A DNA stretch of 63,767 bases, filler included, from Neolecta irregularis DAH-3 (Eukaryota): the NCBI GenBank assembly GCA_001929475.1. It is 14 parts of 14 records of this genome, joined end to end, with 100 filler letters (N's around TTAATTAATTAA, not from the genome) between each part and the next. Parts side by side here need not be neighbours in the genome. Positions count along the whole stretch, not along the records: positions 62,690 to 63,767 come from LXFE01003126.1; 13 more parts are not named here. The stretch is one strand, 5' to 3'. The translations under genes were made by a program, and so were the position numbers. How positions within the stretch are numbered: position 1 is the first letter of the stretch; each line of letters opens with the position of its first letter. Positions 63,718 to 63,767 of this stretch are shown piece by piece. Under the pieces are notes generated by a model. The model had not been told where the DNA came from and did no database searches. It saw only the letters and a list, made by a program, of their open reading frames with translations.

Positions 63718-63767
63718 GATTGGATGTAAGGTTCTGCGGGGCGTTTTATTACAAGTTGATTTAAAAA

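Overview
Eukaryotic (fungal) draft-genome sequence with a compact, gene-dense organisation. It is most plausibly an early-diverging ascomycete (Taphrinomycotina, Neolecta-like); this is an inference from gene content and intron size. The window is not one locus: 14 contigs/scaffolds are joined by 13 artificial 100-bp linkers (N44-TTAATTAATTAA-N44), and there are three 10-N gaps, so synteny across linkers is meaningless. Recognisable genes are a KpsF/GutQ-like SIS protein, GH17 glucanase (Bgl2), a multi-PAM2 coiled-coil protein (Upa2-like), E2 enzyme UBE2S, DASH subunit Ask1, Arf1, a Git1-like MFS permease, an amino-acid permease, Ctp1/Sae2, a CCCH+J-like protein, a GPI wall protein, a NOL8-like protein, Pdx2/Sno1, Cdc24/Scd1, a siderophore N-acyltransferase, Hos3, chitin synthase, a GAS2-domain protein, Yip3/PRA1 and an Rgd1-like RhoGAP. 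Decayed Fot1/pogo, LINE and Ty3/gypsy elements and a MITE are also present. The most interesting signals are: (1) a full-length CYP51-like protein lacking the heme-ligating Cys and other P450 catalytic motifs; (2) pervasive 31-39 nt introns with very degenerate donor sites; (3) an Upa2-like endosomal mRNA-transport scaffold; (4) a multi-copy lineage-specific gene family; (5) two LINE 3' ends abutting the same 25-bp motif; (6) CpG-biased decay of transposons. All homology calls come from motif recognition by eye, not from database searches.
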